A stretch of 37,438 nt of DNA from NCBI GenBank assembly GCA_963822405.1, contig CAWGHH010000005.1, positions 1 to 37,438 of the forward strand, read 5' to 3'. This DNA comes from Candidatus Uhrbacteria bacterium. Lineage in GTDB: Bacteria; Patescibacteriota; Patescibacteriia; UBA9934. The notes under the pieces are model-generated. The model was not told the origin of the DNA, ran no database searches, and was given only the letters and a program-made list of their open reading frames with translations. Shown here piece by piece: positions 8,471-17,028 of this stretch (its first letter is position 1; each line of letters starts with the position of its first letter). The position numbers and the translations under genes are program-made.

Positions 8471-8842
8471 ATGAAAAAGTCCTACCCGATTGACGTTGTC
8501 CAAAACCCCCTAGCGGTCTTACGAAAAGCCGGCTACTCCCCCTTCCGCGATCCCCAAACGGGTGACGAAAGTTTTATCGTTCGACTATCGAGTGACTTCT
8601 ACCCACGCTTTCATCTTTACGTCGAGTTGAACGCCTCGACAGTTTCATTCAATCTACACCTCGACCAAAAGAAACCCAGCTACGGCGAAGGCCACGCCCA
8701 CTCCGGCGAATACGAAGGCTCGACCATAGAAAATGAAATGGCGAGAATTGACGGGTGGGTGAAACATGAAAGCAAGACGAATCAATCAAAGAACCAAGAA
8801 CCAAAAACCAAACAATCTTGGCTGGCGAGACTGTTCAGTTAA
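8471..8842 (+). CDS. hypothetical protein (123 aa)
   Basis: I trimmed the track ORF (8402) to ATG 8471 (MKKSYPIDV...). A TACAAT -10-like box at about 8446-8451 lies between the two candidate starts. Confidence 0.55.
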   Translation: MKKSYPIDVVQNPLAVLRKAGYSPFRDPQTGDESFIVRLSSDFYPRFHLYVELNASTVSFNLHLDQKKPSYGEGHAHSGEYEGSTIENEMARIDGWVKHESKTNQSKNQEPKTKQSWLARLFS

Positions 8843-8848
8843 CAGAAA

Positions 8849-8864
8849 ACCGGCCGAAGCCGGT
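8849..8864. terminator. hairpin between convergent genes
   Basis: ACCGGC-CGAA-GCCGGT. On the minus strand it is followed by TTTCTGTT, which suits the 8874..9284 gene. The + strand version is weaker. Confidence 0.5.
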
Positions 8865-8873
8865 CTTGCATGT

Positions 8874-9284
8874 TTATTTGTATTGATCCAGCCGACGATG
8901 AATAACATCCTTTCGCGCCTCGGCATCATTCAACCTTTTAACGGCTTCCGCTCTTGCCTCAGGACTCAAGCCCTCCAATGTCTCGTCCATCCCCTCTTCC
9001 TTCATGAATGCTTCCGTATTTGACGCATCCTCCGCAAATTGTTTTGCCTCAGCTCTTAACCTATTTAATTCATTTGTTTTATCAATGGTGTGTTGATAAT
9101 CCTGCGCGGCCTTCTCGCCGGTATCCTCGCCCATCTGCAACATCGCATTTCGCTCATCAACCCCAACCTCTGTTTCTTCGGCCTGCCCTTCTCTACGTGT
9201 AGCAGCTTCTTTAGCTTCCCTCATCTTATTCTCATATTTCACTGCCTCCATAGCCCCCACGCCTCTTCCAGCCTCTATGTTCAT
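8874..9284 (-). CDS. hypothetical acidic coiled-coil protein (136 aa)
   Basis: The ORF has a downstream hairpin and an E/A/K-rich composition. I recognise no motif. Confidence 0.55.
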   Translation of the reverse strand: MNIEAGRGVGAMEAVKYENKMREAKEAATRREGQAEETEVGVDERNAMLQMGEDTGEKAAQDYQHTIDKTNELNRLRAEAKQFAEDASNTEAFMKEEGMDETLEGLSPEARAEAVKRLNDAEARKDVIHRRLDQYK

Positions 9285-9498
9285 AGAAAATATATCGATT
9301 TCTCAATATCCGCAGAATACTGAGTAATATATATATATACAAACGTGTCTGTGGACTAACGGTAGTATTTACAAAATCTTCAATAACGTGCTATTCTCTA
9401 ATCAACAAGAGCCCGCAACAAATCCCAGTGGGAAAGTCCACACGGACTAGCGGTCACTCTGGCCTCGCGCAAGCGGGGCGTTTTAATTACATACAAAA

Positions 9499-9529
9499 CA
9501 TCGAGCCCAGGTGGACTCGATGTTTTTTT
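9499..9529. terminator. bidirectional rho-independent terminator
   Basis: CATCGAGCCCA-GG-TGGACTCGATG (one mismatch), flanked by T7 on the + strand and TTTTGTATG on the minus strand. It lies directly downstream of the 9537..9974 gene. Confidence 0.75.
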
Positions 9530-9536
9530 GAATCTA

Positions 9537-9974
9537 TTAGTTAGCGCGCTTGACGCTCTTAATGATATCTCTAGCTTCATCAAGAGTGATGGCAGTCTTT
9601 GGGCTACCGGTTACGCGGATCTTCCAGAAGCCGTTGTCCTTTGTGTCCAGGAATCCGTAGCAAGCAACTGGACCGGTACAGGAGGCTGCGGGGTACAGCT
9701 CGCCAACGCCTTCGATCTTGGATTCTGGCGGACCAACTGGATCACTTACGTCCATGGTCATTTCAAAGAGTGCTGAACCGTTACTGGTTGTAATGGCGAC
9801 GATTGAGCTGTCATTCTTATTAGTCAAAGCTGACCAGGAAGAATTTGGAAGAGTGAACGTGTGACCCTGGAGAGTGAACGTCTTAGCGGCCTTTGCCCCG
9901 CCCGTCGACGCACCCGAACAACCAGCACCAAGGAGCATAACTACGGCCACCGCTGCGAAAAGAACTTTCTTCAT
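9537..9974 (-). CDS. putative lipoprotein (145 aa)
   Basis: The signal peptide MKKVLFAAVAVVMLLGAGC ends in the same GAGC lipobox-like sequence as the FMN-binding lipoprotein. Confidence 0.7.
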   Translation of the reverse strand: MKKVLFAAVAVVMLLGAGCSGASTGGAKAAKTFTLQGHTFTLPNSSWSALTNKNDSSIVAITTSNGSALFEMTMDVSDPVGPPESKIEGVGELYPAASCTGPVACYGFLDTKDNGFWKIRVTGSPKTAITLDEARDIIKSVKRAN

Positions 9975-9988
9975 AAAGAAGTGATTAT

Positions 9989-10750
9989 TTATTTAGCGAG
10001 CTCGGCGTCGATCATTGACTTCAAGGTAGAGTACGGAACCGCACCGGACACAAGCTGACCATTAATAAACGTAGCCGGTGTACCGTTCACGCCGGCAGTC
10101 TGACCACTAGCAGCGTCAGCGTCGATCACTGATTGATATTTCTTGCTCGAATAACAATTGTTAAACTTAGTCATGTTCAACTTCAAGTTACCAGCAACTG
10201 TCTTGTAATAGTCGTCGCTCAAGGAAGTCTGGTTTGCCATCAAAGTGTCACCGAACTCCCAGAACTTACCCTGCTCTGAAGCACACTCAGCGGCATTAGC
10301 AGCTGGTTCGGCGTTAGGGTGAATGCTGGTCAACGGGAAGTTACGCATAACCCAAACTACCTGGTCGCCGTAATCCTTCACCATCTGCTGAAGTGATGGG
10401 TGATGCTGACCACAGAATGGACACTGGAAATCTGAATACTCGACCACTACAACTTTAGCTTTCTTCAAATCACCCTTAATGTGTTCATTGGCCTGAACTG
10501 CAGCAAGCGGACCAGCTGGTGGCTGAGTGCCTGGATCCACCTGCGCTGGAGGATTAGTGTTATTTGTCAACGGCGTACGACCGCCATTCGAAGCAAATGA
10601 AACACCGGTAAAGTTATTTAAAAGTAACGCAAGCGCAAGACCAGTAACAAGACCAAACGCGAACATGGTTCTTGGATTTCCATCAAAGAAACCATTCTGT
10701 GACTGAGGAGCTACTGGCTGTGGCTGGATTTGTTCATTCATACTGGCCAA
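9989..10750 (-). CDS. membrane-anchored DsbA-family thiol:disulfide oxidoreductase
   Basis: One N-terminal TM helix, a CxxC active site (FQCPFCGQHH), and GVNGTPATFING near the C terminus as in DsbA/BdbD-like proteins. Confidence 0.85.
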   Translation of the reverse strand: MASMNEQIQPQPVAPQSQNGFFDGNPRTMFAFGLVTGLALALLLNNFTGVSFASNGGRTPLTNNTNPPAQVDPGTQPPAGPLAAVQANEHIKGDLKKAKVVVVEYSDFQCPFCGQHHPSLQQMVKDYGDQVVWVMRNFPLTSIHPNAEPAANAAECASEQGKFWEFGDTLMANQTSLSDDYYKTVAGNLKLNMTKFNNCYSSKKYQSVIDADAASGQTAGVNGTPATFINGQLVSGAVPYSTLKSMIDAELAK

Positions 10751-10761
10751 GTTTACTGTAT

Positions 10762-11520
10762 TTACGCCTTTTCCTGGCTATGTGTTATCCACATGCGTCT
10801 AAAAAGCCATGTCCCAAAAATTACGAGAACGATTGAAAGATATTGCGCCGGGGTAAGACCGAAATATTTTGTATCAGCGGTTCGGAGGAAGTCTAGGAAG
10901 AAACGAGAGATGCCGTACCAAAGAGAAAAAGTTGCGAGATAGATTCCTGTTGGTCGAGGTTTTCGTGACAGCCACAAAAAGAGAAGACCGAGCAATGCCC
11001 CGTCGATCGCGTGATATAGACCGAGGTCGTGTCGAACTACGCCGTCAGGATATTTCACGCCGAGAATAAAATGCGTTACGGTCCCGGGATGATCGTGAAT
11101 CAAGAAACAACCAACTCGACCAAGCGCGTAACCGAACGGCAAACCGAAAGCTAAAATGTCGGCGTATTTCCAAATATCAAGTTGTTTCTTTCGCAGATAC
11201 CAAATAACAACTAGCGCGCACGCAATGAAGCCGCCGAAGAAACTGGCTCCCCCGTGCCAGAGCATGATGATCTCGACGGGGTGCTGTAAATAAAACCCAG
11301 GACGATAAAACAGTACGTCGCCAAGCCTGCCACCAATCAAACCAGCCAGAATCAACCACGGCCCAAGATCATAAATAACTTTTGGATCCTCGCCCCTAGC
11401 CTTTGTCATGCGTGCGGCCATGTAACCACCAAGCAAAAATCCAGCAGCCACAAACATGCCCCAAACCTGAAGGGTGATCGGACCAAGCTGGATAGTGTGC
11501 CAATCAATAAAGGGGATCAT
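10762..11520 (-). CDS. lgt: prolipoprotein diacylglyceryl transferase
   Basis: A 252-aa polytopic protein with Lgt-like motifs: GGRLGDVLFY, WHGGASFFGG and GRVGCFL. Confidence 0.92.
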   Translation of the reverse strand: MIPFIDWHTIQLGPITLQVWGMFVAAGFLLGGYMAARMTKARGEDPKVIYDLGPWLILAGLIGGRLGDVLFYRPGFYLQHPVEIIMLWHGGASFFGGFIACALVVIWYLRKKQLDIWKYADILAFGLPFGYALGRVGCFLIHDHPGTVTHFILGVKYPDGVVRHDLGLYHAIDGALLGLLFLWLSRKPRPTGIYLATFSLWYGISRFFLDFLRTADTKYFGLTPAQYLSIVLVIFGTWLFRRMWITHSQEKA

Positions 11521-12965
11521 GTTTTTGGATAATATTTATTCCAACCCGTCTGTTTCTCGTAAGCATCAGCGGCGCGGAACATGACTGCTTCGCCGAAAGG
11601 CTTAGCCTGGAGCTGGAGACCAACTGGCAAGCCATGAGCAAAACCGCACGGAATCGAAATACCAGGAATGCCGGCAATATTTCCAGCGGTCGTAAAGATA
11701 TCAGCCAAGTACATGGCGAGTGGATCATTAAATTTCTCGCCGAGATTCCACGCAACAGTTGGCGAAGTTGGTCCGATGATTACATCGACCTGCTTAAAAG
11801 CCTCGTCGAATTCTTTTCTAAGGGCAGTCCGAACAGCTAACGCCTTCTTGTAAAACGCATCAAAATATCCAGCTGACAAAATAAATGTACCGAGCATGAT
11901 GCGTCGTTTTACCTCTGCACCAAAACCATCGCCACGAGCGTTCAAATAACTTTCTTCAAGTGTCCCCGGTGCTCGCGTGCCGTAACGCATGCCGTCGAAT
12001 CTCGCCAAGTTGCTCGAAGCTTCAGCTGGCTGAATGATGTAATACATCGGCAACGCATAAGGCGTAAGTGGTAACGAAATTTCGATAATCTCTGCTCCGC
12101 CTTTTTTAAACACTTCTATCGCCTCTCGAGTGAGCTTAGCAATATCCGCATCCATGCCATCAATAAAATATTCTTTTGGCACGCCAACTCGAAGTCCCTT
12201 AAAATCCGGGGTCAGTAATTCGCCAACAGTCGTTTCTTCAAGGTCGACGCTTGTCGCATCATGTACATCTCGTCCCTCTATAGCCTCAAGAATCATCGCA
12301 GCATCTTCAACGGTGTGAGCGAATGGACCAATCTGGTCGAGACTCGACGATAACGCAGTGACGCCGTAACGCGACACGCGACCATACGTCGGTTTCAAGC
12401 CGACAATGCCCGTGAGAGATGCTGGCTGACGGATCGAACCTCCAGTATCAGAACCAAGCGACGCTGGCACAAAACCAGCAGACACGGCGGCGGCCGAACC
12501 ACCAGAAGAACCTCCAGGAACTTTCTTCAGATCCCATGGGTTCATCGTATTTCCATACGCCGAAGTCTCAGTCGATGATCCCATAGCGAACTCGTCCATG
12601 TTTGTTCGGCCGATAATGATTGCACCGGCATCGATTAGTCGCTGGACCGCAGTACAGGTGTACGCACTTCTATACTCGGCGAGCATCTTTGAACCACAGC
12701 TTGAAATATGTCCCCTGTAGAGCATGTTATCTTTGATCGCTACCGGAACACCAGCGAGCGACGGCAAAGATTCCCCGTTCTTTTTCATCTCGTCGATCTT
12801 CTTGGCTTGGGCGAGGGCATCAGCGTCGAACAGCTCCAAAAACGCATGAATTTCTCCGTCGCGCTTTTTGATATCAGCGAGTGTTGCTTCGGCGATCTCG
12901 ACGGCCGTCATTTTCCCATCACGAACTGCATCACGAATTTGTCTCACGGTCATGAAAGCATCCAT
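11517..12965 (-). CDS. gatA: Asp-tRNA(Asn)/Glu-tRNA(Gln) amidotransferase subunit A
   Basis: 482 aa with the amidase signature GGSSGGSAAAV and GSDTGGSIRQPA. Confidence 0.97.
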   Translation of the reverse strand: MDAFMTVRQIRDAVRDGKMTAVEIAEATLADIKKRDGEIHAFLELFDADALAQAKKIDEMKKNGESLPSLAGVPVAIKDNMLYRGHISSCGSKMLAEYRSAYTCTAVQRLIDAGAIIIGRTNMDEFAMGSSTETSAYGNTMNPWDLKKVPGGSSGGSAAAVSAGFVPASLGSDTGGSIRQPASLTGIVGLKPTYGRVSRYGVTALSSSLDQIGPFAHTVEDAAMILEAIEGRDVHDATSVDLEETTVGELLTPDFKGLRVGVPKEYFIDGMDADIAKLTREAIEVFKKGGAEIIEISLPLTPYALPMYYIIQPAEASSNLARFDGMRYGTRAPGTLEESYLNARGDGFGAEVKRRIMLGTFILSAGYFDAFYKKALAVRTALRKEFDEAFKQVDVIIGPTSPTVAWNLGEKFNDPLAMYLADIFTTAGNIAGIPGISIPCGFAHGLPVGLQLQAKPFGEAVMFRAADAYEKQTGWNKYYPKT

Positions 12966-12968
12966 AGA

Positions 12969-13253
12969 TTATTTTTCAAAAACTCCAGGAACTTCTAAAG
13001 CATCTCCCCCCTTCTTTGGAAAACCAGCCACTACCGCATCACGTTCTCCGGACACAACAACAATCTCATCTTCACGAAAAACATTCGTTGCGTCTGTTAA
13101 ATACGCGCGAGCATCGATGTCGTTCGTGTTCACCTCTTGAAGCTTGGCGATGTAATTCACAATTTCTGGCAACTGCTCCGCCAACGCTTTTTGTTCGGCA
13201 TCGGTGAGCTTAAGTCGGGCGAGTTTGGCAACGTGAGAAATGTCTATGTCCAT
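12969..13253 (-). CDS. gatC: Asp-tRNA(Asn)/Glu-tRNA(Gln) amidotransferase subunit C
   Basis: 94 aa beginning HVAKLARLKLTDAEQ, located immediately upstream of gatA. Confidence 0.9.
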   Translation of the reverse strand: MDIDISHVAKLARLKLTDAEQKALAEQLPEIVNYIAKLQEVNTNDIDARAYLTDATNVFREDEIVVVSGERDAVVAGFPKKGGDALEVPGVFEK

Positions 13254-13259
13254 AATGTT

Positions 13260-15257
13260 TTAATTCCGCCCAACCATACGCAAAAAATCTGATTCCGACA
13301 ATATCTGTACCCCGAGCTCTCTTGCCTTCTCGGCTTTGCTACCGGGATTTTCGCCAACTACAACGTAATCTGTTTTTTTACTGACGGATTCTGAAACGCC
13401 GCCGCCGAGCATGCGGACGGTATCTTTGGCTTCTTCCCGGCCGAGCTTTTCGAGGGTGCCGGTGATGACAAATGTTTTGCCGTCGAGCACGCGCTTAATT
13501 GCTTTGGCCTGTGAAACCGTGACGCCGACCTGCCTATATGCCTCGAGCATGTCTTTACCGCGTTGGCTCTGGAAGAATTCGAGAATTGACTCGGCTACTA
13601 CATCGCCAATGTCTGGAACATTTTCAAGTTCGGCTTTCGTGGTCGCCGCGAGTTTGTCGATAGATCCGAAACTTGTCGCAAGTGAGAATGCCGTCTCTTC
13701 GCCGACATGACGAATTCCAAGCGCGACGATGAACTTATTAAAATCAATTTCTTTCTTGGACTGAATTTGGTCGAATAGTTTCTTGCTCGACAGCTCGGCG
13801 AAACCTTCGACGTTCAATAAATCATCCGGCGACAAACGGAAAATATCCGGTGCGGTTTTAATTAGACCGGCCGTTAGTAATTTCTCGATAATCTTCCAAC
13901 CTAATCCGTCGATCTCAAATGCTTTCGCTGCGTGAACAAGATTCTCTTCTTCCATGGCAAAGCAACTTTTATTCGTGCAGTAGTACGCCACTTCGCCCTC
14001 TCGTCGCTCGATTGGCGATCCGCACACCGGACACTTCTCTGGAATCTCAATGATCTGTTCTTTGCCAGTTCTCATCTCCGTCAAAACTTTTACAATTTTT
14101 GGAATAATATCGCCGGCCTTCGTCAAAATAACCGTATCGCCAACTCTTACGCCAAGTCGCTCAATCTCGTCGGCGTTGTGAAGTGTCGCGTGCGTGACAG
14201 TCGTACCCGCAATGAACGTAGCGCGTACAGTAGCGACAGGTGTGAGCGAGCCAGTTCGGCCAACAAACCAATCGACAGACTCGACAGTAGTAGTTGCTTC
14301 TTCTGGTGGAAACTTGAAAGCGATAATTCCCCGCGGCGTTTTCCCAACTACACCGAGTTTCTGAAACACGTCGAGGTCATTCACTCGGACTACTACACCG
14401 TCAATCCAATAATCAAGTTTCTCACGCTGTTTCTGCATTTTCTTATAGAAGTTCTCGACGTCAGCGACAGTACGAGTCAGCTCTCCTGGCGAAGTCTTGA
14501 AACCAAGAGCATGTAGCTTTTCGACGGCTTGAGTTTGCGTTCGAGTTTGACCGTCGAGAACCTGCCACGCGAAGAAGTTCAACGGCCTGCTCGCCGTCAC
14601 CCGTGGATCTAATTGTCGAATACTGCCAGCGCTGACGTTACGCGGATTTGCAAAAGTTTCTTCGCCACGGGCAGCGCGTTCGGCGTTCATCTTTTCAAAG
14701 GCTTTACGAGGCATGTAGATTTCACCGCGGATATCCACCCTGCCCTCCCCCCCTACCCCCTCCACTGCGTGGAGGGGGAGGAGCAATGGAATTGCTTCTA
14801 TAGTCCTGATATTCAAAGTTACATCCTCACCGATTTTGCCGTCGCCTCGAGTCGCCGCCGTCATGAGTTGGCCATCGACGTAAACTAGGGACACTGCCAG
14901 ACCGTCGATTTTTAGCATTGAGTACATCTCCTGCGGTTTTCCTTCTTCAAGCTTAGTAATTCGTTTCGCCCACTCCTCAAACTCGGCAATAGTAAAAACA
15001 TCTTCCATGGACAACATGGGAGTGACGTGTTCGATTTTCGAGAACTTGTCGAGCGCAGTTCCAGCTACTCGCTGAGTTGGCGAGTCGGCGGTGATCAAGT
15101 CAGGGAACTGATCTTCTAGTAGTTTGAGCTCGTGCTTGAGTGCATCAAGAGCAGCCTCGGGAATTGAGAGCCGATCGAGGACGTGATATTCGTAACGATA
15201 TTTATTGATTGCCTCCCGGAGCTTCAAAATACGCTCGCTGGCCTCTTGCTTTGACAT
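13260..15257 (-). CDS. ligA: NAD-dependent DNA ligase LigA
   Basis: KIDG adenylation motif (LKIDGLAVS), TRGDG, a 4-Cys zinc finger (CPVCGSP...YCTNKSC), HhH and BRCT regions. Start set at ATG 15257 (MSKQEASERILKLRE). The track's 39-codon N-terminal extension does not look ligase-like. Confidence 0.96.
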   Translation of the reverse strand: MSKQEASERILKLREAINKYRYEYHVLDRLSIPEAALDALKHELKLLEDQFPDLITADSPTQRVAGTALDKFSKIEHVTPMLSMEDVFTIAEFEEWAKRITKLEEGKPQEMYSMLKIDGLAVSLVYVDGQLMTAATRGDGKIGEDVTLNIRTIEAIPLLLPLHAVEGVGGEGRVDIRGEIYMPRKAFEKMNAERAARGEETFANPRNVSAGSIRQLDPRVTASRPLNFFAWQVLDGQTRTQTQAVEKLHALGFKTSPGELTRTVADVENFYKKMQKQREKLDYWIDGVVVRVNDLDVFQKLGVVGKTPRGIIAFKFPPEEATTTVESVDWFVGRTGSLTPVATVRATFIAGTTVTHATLHNADEIERLGVRVGDTVILTKAGDIIPKIVKVLTEMRTGKEQIIEIPEKCPVCGSPIERREGEVAYYCTNKSCFAMEEENLVHAAKAFEIDGLGWKIIEKLLTAGLIKTAPDIFRLSPDDLLNVEGFAELSSKKLFDQIQSKKEIDFNKFIVALGIRHVGEETAFSLATSFGSIDKLAATTKAELENVPDIGDVVAESILEFFQSQRGKDMLEAYRQVGVTVSQAKAIKRVLDGKTFVITGTLEKLGREEAKDTVRMLGGGVSESVSKKTDYVVVGENPGSKAEKARELGVQILSESDFLRMVGRN
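14734..14784. repeat. G/C-rich palindromic element inserted in frame in ligA
   Basis: TCCACCCTGCCCTCCCCCCCTA-CCCCCTCCAC-TGC-GTGGAGGGGG-AGGAGC. The perfect 10-bp stems are 14756-14765 and 14769-14778. A near-identical copy lies at 27219-27272. Confidence 0.85.
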
Positions 15258-15378
15258 ATATATAAAGAAATTGTAGCAAATCCTGATTTCTTTTAATAGG
15301 GAGCGGACGTCGTAGTCGGCGTCTGGCTGTTCGTCGACATCCGAGAGCACAGTATGTTCATTTCGAGACCCCAAAAGA

Positions 15379-15412
15379 TACTACGTAGCACGTAGTACGT
15401 CTGACGTAGTAT
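15379..15412. promoter_or_regulatory. candidate operator in the ligA/padR divergent region
   Basis: ATACTACGT (15379-15387) and ACGTAGTAT (15404-15412) form a perfect inverted repeat. A third ACGTAGTA copy lies between them. Confidence 0.45.
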
Positions 15413-15504
15413 ACTTTTCGTGCTTCAAGAGACATGTCATGCCTTCCTCTTCTTGATTTTCAGAACCCCCTCTTAACTTAAAAGAATCCGGATAGATTCA
15501 TACT

Positions 15505-15849
15505 ATGCAATTCTCGAAAGAACTACTCAACGGAACGCTTGAACTAACTATTCTCGAAACCCTTTCGCATGGTCAATCATACGCGTACGAACTTATCCAA
15601 AACATTAATCTTAAAACGGCCGGTGCATTCGAACTAAAAGAAAGCACGGTATATACCCTTCTCTACAGACTCGAAGATCAGGGAATGGTATACAGTTCAT
15701 TCAAATCGACAATTACTTCAAAACCTCGACGCTATTACAAACTGACCAACGACGGAAAAGCGCGACTCAAAGAAAAGACTTTAGAATATAATTTCTTCAC
15801 TAGGGCAATGAAGGGTATACTTTCTGCGTATGTCAGTGCCAACCAATGA
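15505..15849 (+). CDS. PadR-family transcriptional regulator
   Basis: 114 aa with a PadR-like winged HTH: LELTILETLSHGQSYAYELIQ...STVYTLLYRLEDQGMV...RRYYKLT. Confidence 0.88.
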   Translation: MQFSKELLNGTLELTILETLSHGQSYAYELIQNINLKTAGAFELKESTVYTLLYRLEDQGMVYSSFKSTITSKPRRYYKLTNDGKARLKEKTLEYNFFTRAMKGILSAYVSANQ

Positions 15850-16234
15850 AATCCAAATCACCTTTGCTCGTTCCAGTGGTCCCGGTGGCCAGAACGTCAA
15901 CAAAGTCTCTTCGAAGGCCCAGCTCCGCTGGGATATTTGGGGATCTCGCGGTTACTCGACAGATGAAAAGGCTCGACTAGTCAGAGAACTAACTTCCTAT
16001 CTAACCTGGAAGAACGAAGTTGTCCTGCAGTCCGACGAAACACGCTCGCAACTCCAAAACAAAGAACGGGTCATTCGAAAATTAAATACACTTGTCGACA
16101 AAGCCCTCCTCCCCCTCAAACTCCGCGTCCCAACTAAACCAACTCGTGGTTCAAAAGAAAGAAGAATAGAAGGCAAAAAACTCAACACCCAAAAGAAAAG
16201 ACGAAGAAGTATTATTGAATATCTTTTTTTCTAG
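15830..16234 (+). CDS. arfB: alternative ribosome-rescue factor ArfB (peptidyl-tRNA hydrolase, GGQ domain)
   Basis: GGQ motif (SSGPGGQNVNKVSSK) and a basic C-terminal tail (KPTRGSKERRIEGKK). It overlaps the padR 3' end by 20 nt. Confidence 0.88.
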   Translation: MSVPTNEIQITFARSSGPGGQNVNKVSSKAQLRWDIWGSRGYSTDEKARLVRELTSYLTWKNEVVLQSDETRSQLQNKERVIRKLNTLVDKALLPLKLRVPTKPTRGSKERRIEGKKLNTQKKRRRSIIEYLFF

Positions 16235-17025
16235 CTAAACAGTCCCATGTACCAGCCGAGCAGACGCTCGCCGTAGAGCATGCAGATAAAAGTCGACAAT
16301 GCGAGGAACGTACCAAACGGCACATGGCTTTCAAGCTCACGCTTTTGAACGGTTAGGAGGAAGATGCCAATAATCGAACCGAGAATATAGGAAAGAAATA
16401 GTCCAACTACGCCAAGCACGGGGCCGAGCAAGAAACCCATCAGCATACCCATGCGAACGTCACCGCCGCCAACCCATCTACCATTAGACAAAAGATATTG
16501 CACCGCAAAGAATCCGCCAATAATCAGGCCGCCCAGCAACATCATGCCAACATCCATTCCGAGCCAAAAGTTCAACAGGATGGCAATAATAATAGCCGGA
16601 ATAGTCACTCGATCAGGGATGACTGAAGCTCTGTAGTCAAACATGAACACCAGCACGAGCGCAATCGTCATGATGGCATCCCGCATGAACAAGAGGAACG
16701 TTTCATTGGACGTAACGAAGTCTGGTAGCTCGACATGCAACAATGCTCGCGCCGCAAACAAAGCGAACAAGATACCAACTGCCAATTCTGTAGCCGGATA
16801 CTGCCATGGCACAACAGACTTACACTTTTTACATCTCCCCTTCATGGCCATGTAGCCAACTATTGGGAGCATTTCCGAATTCGACAACGGCACGGCACAT
16901 AAGCCGCACTTTCGCTCGCTAGTAAATTCAATAGATTCTTCAGAGCGTAAAATCTTTGCGTTCATGATCGCTCCCAAGAAGAGACCAAGAATACCGGCAG
17001 CCAGTGTGAGAAGGGCAATAGTCAT
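16231..17025 (-). CDS. pilD: prepilin peptidase (A24 family)
   Basis: An N-terminal Cys pair region (CGLCAVPL...CKKCKS), polytopic helices and GGGDVRMGMLMG. Confidence 0.88.
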   Translation of the reverse strand: MTIALLTLAAGILGLFLGAIMNAKILRSEESIEFTSERKCGLCAVPLSNSEMLPIVGYMAMKGRCKKCKSVVPWQYPATELAVGILFALFAARALLHVELPDFVTSNETFLLFMRDAIMTIALVLVFMFDYRASVIPDRVTIPAIIIAILLNFWLGMDVGMMLLGGLIIGGFFAVQYLLSNGRWVGGGDVRMGMLMGFLLGPVLGVVGLFLSYILGSIIGIFLLTVQKRELESHVPFGTFLALSTFICMLYGERLLGWYMGLFS

Positions 17026-17028
17026 AAA

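Noticed and set aside
9425-9445. GGGAAAGTCC motif reminiscent of the RNase P RNA P4 strand (GAGGAAAGTCCGGGC)
   Set aside because: The intergenic region is only about 200-250 nt and lacks the rest of the conserved RNase P core. I also could not fold it as SRP, tmRNA or 6S RNA. It is kept only as an unclassified candidate RNA.
9398-9583. 61-aa minus-strand ORF in the 9285-9536 intergenic region
   Set aside because: It spans the terminator hairpin of the upstream gene and overlaps that gene's 3' end. It has no start context, and the region is better explained as non-coding.
15258-15374. 39-codon N-terminal extension of ligA
   Set aside because: The extension (MGSRNEHTVLSDVDEQ...NFFIY) is not ligase-like. 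The canonical LigA N terminus (MSKQEASERILKLRE...) starts at 15257. The extension would also cover the likely promoter region.
16085-16115. CTCCTCCCCCTC in arfB, identical to one arm of the palindromic element
   Set aside because: It has no complementary G-rich arm and no insertion relative to my recollection of the ArfB C-terminal tail. The match is probably chance, arising from LLPL codons.
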